A DNA stretch of 63,340 bases, the filler included, from Olpidium bornovanus S191 (taxonomy: Eukaryota > Fungi > Olpidiomycota): assembly GCA_017911155.1 (NCBI GenBank). It is 26 parts of 26 records of this genome, joined end to end, with 100 filler letters (N's around TTAATTAATTAA, not from the genome) between each part and the next. Parts side by side here need not be neighbours in the genome. Positions count along the whole stretch, not along the records: positions 56,054 to 57,553 come from JAEFCI010001128.1; positions 57,654 to 63,340 come from JAEFCI010005919.1; 24 more parts are not named here. One strand, given 5' to 3'. Below, piece by piece: positions 56,714-63,340 of this stretch (position 1 is the first letter of the stretch; every line of letters begins with the position of its first letter). The notes beneath the pieces were generated by a model. The model made no database searches. It was not told the origin of the DNA and saw only the letters and a list, made by a program, of their open reading frames with translations. A program made the position numbers and the translations under genes.

Positions 56714-59256
56714 CTGACGCCCGCACGCACACACATCCTCCCTTCGCCTGCCGGACCCACTCCCACTTCCACTCTCCCAGCCCGCCGATGGTGAGCTCAA
56801 CGAACCCGCTGCGCTCCGCGTGCGGAATCGTCGCCTTCAATCCGGGGACAGAAGGCCGCGGAGGGGAAGGGGGAGGAACGAGAACGACACCGGGGAAGAC
56901 AGGCTGCCGCTGAGTTCAACTGAGGGAATGAGTTGAGAGGCGTGAGATGTGTTGTTGACAAATGCTGTTGTGTTGTTGTATGCGCTTTGCCGCGAGAGAG
57001 CGAGTGAGGAGAGGAACAGACGCGCCGCACTCGCTCACCAACACTCAACAACCACTCCCCCCACCGCTGGGCGGAAAAAGGGGGAACGCTAAAACAAGGA
57101 GCAAGTTTGCAGCCGGTACGGCCAGAGCGCTGAAATAAGATATCCTTCCCTGCCCAGCGCCCTAAGCCACCCGGCATGCCGGCAACGAAGCCTTCCCTCT
57201 CCACACCCACAAGTCATCGACGTCCCGTCATATGGTCAAAAAAGCACGGACGTCCGACGGAGAAAAAAGAGGAAAAGTAAAATCAATTTAAAAATAATAA
57301 ACAAATGAGAACCGAACTCACCAAGCCCTCCCGAAATATCCAAACGTAAAATACTGAATTCCCAAATTCCCGCTTGCGCGCATTAGTTGGCGCGACGCTT
57401 TTCGTCCTGCAGACATCGGCTCCCCTTGGGAGCATGGCAGCCGGTTTCAGTTAGCAGGAAGTTATCTGCTTTTTAAGTGAAACTCGTAATTCTTCAAGAT
57501 AAATAACGCAGATGAATAGTGGGGGGTGGGGCACGACAAAGCACCACTGTAGGNNNNNNNNNNNNNNNNNNNNNNNNNNNNNNNNNNNNNNNNNNNNTTA
57601 ATTAATTAANNNNNNNNNNNNNNNNNNNNNNNNNNNNNNNNNNNNNNNNNNNNAAGCATAGGAAAACAGTTGGCGCAAAACAAAAGGAAAAAAGGCGTGT
57701 CGGCGCGTCAGGGCTTTATCACCGCCCAGGTTGGGCTCGGAACCTTGTTGAATGACAATGGGTTGACCGGCGGGTCAAACTTGACCACACCTACCCGGAC
57801 GTACTCTTGTTGTTTATCGAGCGATGGTTTGTTCACGGGTAATTTTTATTTGTGCTTGAGAGCTCGGATACAAACAAGAAGCCAACAAGTACATGCACTA
57901 ATACCCCAAAAATCCAAAAGTCTAGTGAAATTAGTCAAAAGGACAAAAAAGGACTTCGGAATTTTGGCTAAGCGACGGGCCACAGGCCTCGTTCCCGACT
58001 ACCTCCATGGGTGACTGCGTCCTATCTCAATGGTTTCCTTGCCATAGTCTTGCCGGTGCAGAGGTGCCAGGTGTGCAAGCGACGCAAAACCACCCGAGAC
58101 TGCGCACAGCGCGCGAAGCAGACGCCTGCGGTTTGCTTTCTTCGTGCTCGCCCTGTCTGCGCCGGGCGGGAAGGGCCCCGGTTGCACGTGGAACACGTGA
58201 CTTGGCGTGCTCACGTGCGAAATTCCGGGGAGTTTCTCGTGCTGCGAACGCAGAGAATCCGCCCCCCGCGCCGCCCCCGCCTCCATCGGCGGCCGCGGCG
58301 GCTCCGCTGGTTTTGCGAGCGCCGGTGATGGCGAGCGGGCCGTTCCGCAGCGTCGATCCGGGGGGCTGCCTCAGCGAGTCGGCCAGCAGCGGCGAGGTGC
58401 TCAGCTGCTTGTCTATGGTGCAGCAGTACACGTTCAGGCCGCCCTCGTCGCCGACCGGCATCGCTCCGGCGCCGGCTGCAGCGCTTCCGCTGTCGGTTGG
58501 TGGTGGTCTGCGGCGGTCGGTCGGGCGTGGCTTTGGCGGGTGGGGAAGGCGGCTGAGAGGTACAGTGGGTAGCGCGTCCTTCGGGGGCGATCTCTCATCT
58601 CCTCCCGTCTCCTCCCCCCTCCGCCGAAAATGTTCGTCACGAATTGATGATGCATTGCAGGCGCAGTAATGCAATTATTGCAATTGGAGAGCTTGCATTG
58701 CATTTGACCCTCTTCCGCCCGCCCGTCCTGACCCCACTTGGCCCCGTGCCTCAGCGGGCGAATGACGGCCCGCAACCCGGCCATGCGCGCTCTCTCTCTC
58801 TCGCGCCCCGCTTCAATAGGCGCGCCCCCGTACCACTCCACCCTCTCCTCTTCCCTTGACCCCTTTCCCAGCACGGGGATAAGTAGAAGGTACGGTCGTT
58901 CAAGGCGCAGTCAGATAAAAAAGAAAAAGCCCGCACGCGCTTTGCGAAGGCCGCGAGTGCGACCGGCGAGTCCGCTGCTCTGATCATCGTTCCCGTTCGG
59001 TCGCGAAAGCATCCGCGCCGGGCTTCCTCGTCGGAACGGGGCATCAGGCGTAACAGCACGAGCGCGAAGATCCGTTCATAAGCCCCGAAGGCCCGTGGGC
59101 CCGTAACCGGACGCGCTGTGCACCTTCGCTCTCGGGTGCGGTGTTGACTACGCCGTCGTTGTATTTTGGGCAGTTTGGGAATTCGAGTTCGGGGGACGAA
59201 GCCCTGCATGATATGTGACCAATAAATCCGGCGGGCGGCCGGTGGCCTTCTCGCGA

Positions 59257-60656
59257 TCACTCGGGAAGGCACTTGTACTCCCGTTCCTCGTGGAAAAACG
59301 TCCCCGCCGCATACAGCTCCTCCAGCTGTTCGGCAAGGCGCGGGCAGGCGGCAGCGCACGCTAAAAGGAAAAAGGCCGGTTGATCAGCAATCCGCGTTTC
59401 CAGACTCTCCCAACCATTTGCAGGCTATCGCAACCGGAAAACACCCACGCCATCCGTTCGGGTCACCCCCCCGGGGGCAACGGCCGTTGCAATCTGCTTC
59501 CAAAAAAAAAAAGTAGGCGGACCACTCACAATCTGTGACCTGTTTGGCCCACCGGAAGTACTCCTGCACCCGCTCTGCTGTCCAGCGCTCCGGCACCGAC
59601 CGCTGCAGGTCTCGCAGGTTGTAAAGCTGCGGTTTTCGAAAAATGACCACAAAGTTACGGCCTCTGTCCCGCCACGCGGGCCGCTTTGCCTCCTTTAGCG
59701 GAAATCAGGGCCGACCGTACCTTATCCGCCAGCTTCACTCGCTTCGCCTGCAGACGTGGAAAATGCGCGCGTCCGCCGCGGAGTCAGAACCAGCCTTACG
59801 GCCGCTTCACTCGGAAGGGCCGTCGACGAACCAACACGAAGATAAAGCGGCTGCCCGTTCCGACCTTGGCGCTCTTGTGAGGCGCCGTCTCGACTTGCCT
59901 GCGCTTCCTCTCGCTCTTCTCCAGCGTTTTGTCGTCCGTGCATTCCCGGACGATTTCGGCGACCTCCGGGCCGAACTCATTCTCAAGCTGACGCAGCACG
60001 ATCGGCGTGGCCCCGCGGTCAGTTCCAGCTGCCTCAGCTACACGGGGGAAAGCGAGGGGGGGGGGGGGGGAGATACCGGGCGGTTACTACCTCTTCAAAA
60101 GTCGTCGCAGTGTCTTCGACCGTGTCGTGCAACACTGCAGCCTGCAGCGTTGCGACGTCGGTGATCCCGGCGTCCGTCAACATCTTAGCGACGCCTGAGT
60201 TTGGCGGCAGGACACAAAAACGACGTACCCCAGCGCGGAAAGCGCGGAAATGGCTGCATTAGCTCTCTCTCCGTCGGGCCTCTTGCCTTTTTTCCCATGC
60301 ACCGCCCCCCCCCTTTCCCCACTCCCCAAAACGCACGTCGCCTCCGGAGGACACAGGTCGCATACCAATCGGGTGATTAATGTATGCTACGGGGTAAGCC
60401 AAGAAGGTAAGTCGCGGGAGGCGCGATACGCGGCGAAAGTCATCAAGGGGGAGAAAAGGGAGGCACGAGACGTGAACGGTCACCGACGTGTCCGCCGCAC
60501 GTCCTTGCGCTTCTGGTCGCGGTGCTTGAACGCGGCGAAGTCGACGGCGCGCAGCAGCGCAGCAGCCGCGTCGGGGACACCGGCTCGGGAAGGCGCCGCG
60601 GGCGGACACGGGAAGCCGCTCGGGCTCGAGCGGTAGTCGTCCTTGCCGCGGCCCAT
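59257..60656 (-). CDS. HDDC3: HD-domain protein MESH1/HDDC3 ((p)ppGpp hydrolase / NADPH phosphatase family), complete multi-exon gene
   Basis: Spliced: [31 protein letters not shown] / VAKML...LQAAVLHDTVEDT / EFGPEVAEIVRECTDDKTL..ERKRRQVETAP / AKRVKLADK / LYNLRDL...WTAERVQEYFRWAKQV / ...KCLPE*. Confidence 0.93.
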
Positions 60657-61650
60657 TAAATAAAAAAAAATATTTTGGCTTCCTCCTAAATCTCTCTCTC
60701 TCTCTCTCTCTCTCGCCCGCGCGAGGGGAGAAAGAGAGAGAGCACAGAGAGAGGGTGAGCAGAGAGAACAGAGAGGCCAGACCGAGAGCGAACAGAGACA
60801 GAGAGACAGAGAGACAGAGAGCACGCCGCGGTGCACGAAGGTCGGCCAAGGCGGCTCCCAAGGGAAAATAAGAAGGAAAAAAGGCCGGGCTCAAACCACC
60901 GCCGCACGTAATATATCCATATTTATTACATCCGGCGCCGAGGGTTCGTCAACCCTGCCGCACAGCCGCAAACGGGCTCTCTCTCCAGCACGCAACCCCC
61001 TCCTTTGTTTTTGGCTCTATTTTTTATTTTTTATTTAATTATTATTTTTTTGGTTTTTTTTTGTTTTTTTTTTTGTTTTTTGGGAGGTTCGGTGTTTCTC
61101 TTAGGGCAGACCCGCGTAACCGTCTGAACCAAAACGTGTCGAAAAAACTTCGTGCATTGTGAAGAGGATGTGGTGCTGCGGAGCAAGAACGTGTGCCCAC
61201 AAGACCCTGCGCGATGCGAGAACCACCATGCAAATTATTATTAGGGGGCAAGACGCTATGGCCGTTTTTGCGAGAAAAAGGAAAAACGGGTGTGATAGCG
61301 AGGGGTCATTATACGTGGAGGGGAGGGTAGAGGAACCCGTAGACGGTGTGTGATTATTGGCCCCGCCTGGACGGGCCCTTTAACTTCCGGCATCTTCCAT
61401 TTCCTCGTCCTCGTCATGCTTCACATAAGTGTTGAACGAAAGTTCCCGATGCACATGAAGAGCGGAGGGGGACGGGTGGGCGGTGGGGTGACGTCAGGAA
61501 AAATTGAGAGTCAAATTCGGCTTGGGACGGTTCCGGAGGAAAGACGAGGGATAAAAAAAGAAAAATAAGTCAGCGCGTGCAGTTCCCAGCCGGCCGGCCG
61601 GCCGGTTAGGGAAAGTCCCTTCCAAAAAAAAAAAATAGAAAAAATAAAGT

Positions 61651-62026
61651 AAAATAAGAAGACGGAAACCTCGCGATTTTTGCTTTGGTTTGTTCTCTCT
61701 CTCGCGTTTCCGGACCTTTTTTCCGGCCTTTTACCTAATCATCAATATCACCGTCGTAATTCGGGGATCCGATGAGCGGAGATTCCGGCTCGTCATTGAC
61801 GTCCTAGGAAGTGGGGGGAAAGGGGGAGAAAAAATAGGATATAATGAAATAAAATAAGAAGACGGAAACCCCGCGATTTTTGCCTTGGTTCGTTCTCTCT
61901 CCCGCGTTCCCCGATTCTTTTTTCCGGCCCCTTACCCCATCATCGTCATCACCGCCGTAATCCAGCCATTCGCTGAACGAAGATTCCTAGTCAGTGACGT
62001 CCTCGGAAGTGGGGGGAAAGGTGGGG
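61651..62026. repeat. Diverged tandem duplication, 200-bp period (probably inside the 5' LTR of the copia element)
   Basis: AAAATAAGAAGACGGAAACC at 61651 and 61851. GTCCT.GGAAGTGGGGGGAAAGG at about 61801 and 62000. Confidence 0.85.
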
Positions 62027-62063
62027 CGAGGGGGAGGGGAGTCAGAAGAAGCCTTCCGTAGCA

Positions 62064-62076
62064 CATTATCAGCACC
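62064..62076 (+). promoter_or_regulatory. Putative half-tRNA-Ile primer-binding site
   Basis: CATTATCAGCACC directly follows a CA dinucleotide (62062-62063). It is complementary to the anticodon arm GGUGCU-IAU-AACG of eukaryotic tRNA-Ile, with one mismatch. Confidence 0.55.
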
Positions 62077-62325
62077 ATCTAGATGCCTCTGCTCCCCCTG
62101 TGTGCCCTTGCACCTTGCTACCATCGTCCCTGCCATCTCGACGTGCCCGTCGACCTGCCCGCCACTCCGTGAACGCCGAGCCCGCTTGCCAGCAGCCGGA
62201 CCGGTCTACTCGCCGCCGCCGCCACCGCCACCGCCACGACCATCCGAGAGACGGTGTCTGCCTCCGCTCTGCCGCTCTGCCCGCTCGCCCTTGCTCTCGT
62301 TTTTTTGTTCTGGAAAACAGAAAAC

Positions 62326-63340
62326 ATGTCCGTTGCCGCCGCCACTGCTAAGCCGAGGCTGGCTGCCCTGGAGTTCGAGGCCCTGTCTGCGGACGGGAGT
62401 AACTACCTCCAGTGGGCCATGGACGCTAAAAGCCACCTGGTTGCCAAGGAGGTCGAGGCTGCTGTGGCTTTTGACGGCATGTTCCAGGCGTTTCAGAAAG
62501 CCGCCGCGTGCATGCGTGCCCTGAAGGCCCGTGCCTTAAACCTCCTCTGACGCCACCTGGACCGGAGGCTTCTGAAACAGTATGTCTTGGAGAAGGAGCC
62601 CGCGCGCCTGTAGACAGCGCTCCGCACCCGGTTCGATAACCAGCGCATCGTTCTGCTGCCGCGTGCACAGAACGGTTGAATGACCCTCAGGGTGTTGGAC
62701 TTCAAGTACATCGCGGAGTACGACGCCCGCCTCCATGAAATCGTCGCCACTCTCTGTCTCTGTGGAGAGGAAGTTTCTGACAGCCGAATGATTCAGAAAA
62801 CGCGACCACCCTCCCGGTGGGAATGACCATGGTAGCAGAGCAGCTACGGAACATGGAGTTCCAGAGTTACGATGCGCTCATGACTCATCTCACATTGGCG
62901 GAGAGCAACATAGAGCTTCTCCTCAGGACCGCCGAGGAGCGCCGTGCGGGGGCTGCCACGTCGAAACCCACGCGATCCAGTCACACGGTGAAGACCGAGG
63001 CCGGAACCTAGGCAGCGGAAAGGGGAAAAGTAAAGGTAAGAAGGGCAAAGGCAAGTCGGACGTTCCCCGAGCGGAGGCGAACCAAGCAGGGACGTGGTGG
63101 GGGCCGCTCCGCGAGACACCAAGTTCCTATGGTGAGCCATAGCTAGAGATAGACCAACGCCCTTACAGGCTATTGTATTAGCCCGTGAGCTAGCGCTTTT
63201 GGGAAAATAGACGGGCAGTTGAGGACAGGCGGCGCCGGGCCTTGTGGAAAGTCGTTGTTCTGGTCCTTGCACTCGAAACTCCAAATCTCGGCCTCTGATT
63301 TCCAGTTCTCTCGAGCGTTCTCTCTGTCTCTCCTTCTCTC
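62326..63340 (+). mobile_element. Ty1/copia gag pseudogene (plant Bianca-like gag pattern)
   Basis: LEFEALSADGSNYLQWAMDAKSHL...KARALNLL*RHLDRRLLKQYVLEKEPARL*TALRTRFDNQRIVLLPRAQNG*MTLRVLDFKYIAEYDARL...LCLCGEEVSDSRMIQKT, a 1-nt deletion near 62803, then QLRNMEFQSYDALMTHLTLAESNIELLL. Stops at 62548, 62611 and 62677. Confidence 0.88.

Noticed and set aside
58027-58674. 215-aa minus-strand ORF downstream of HDDC3
   Set aside because: No family motif, and equally long ORFs exist on the other strand.
1-63340. Apparent clustering of metabolic, surface and flagellar genes
   Set aside because: The genes lie on separate contigs concatenated arbitrarily. Only within-contig neighbours are real.

Overview
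This is not one contiguous locus. It consists of 26 short contigs (about 1-6 kb) of a GC-rich, intron-containing eukaryotic genome, joined by 25 artificial 100-nt spacers (44 N + TTAATTAATTAA + 44 N), so adjacency across spacers has no biological meaning. The genes combine fungal metabolic and cell-surface genes (MET6, ILV1, PUT1, class II cAMP phosphodiesterase, PAS-histidine kinase, CotH, O-fucosyltransferase, perilipin/CAP20) with two flagellar genes (AK8, meckelin/TMEM67). I infer a zoosporic early-diverging fungus (Olpidium-like; not provable from this window). I could reconstruct about 20 protein genes, most truncated by contig ends, plus one tRNA-Pro(UGG) and several decayed Ty3/gypsy and Ty1/copia fragments, including a solo LTR with a perfect 5-bp target-site duplication. 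The most interesting observations are: a copia element with a plant-Bianca-like gag and a putative half-tRNA-Ile primer-binding site; a class II cAMP phosphodiesterase with an N-terminal membrane anchor; a CotH invasin-like gene; a frameshifted orphan secreted protein; a tRNA-Pro with a U1-C72 mismatch; a proline dehydrogenase with two canonical EF-hands; and an AK8 whose first P-loop is degenerate. I see no prokaryote-type system (CRISPR, operon). All family calls come from motif recognition by eye, with no database search.
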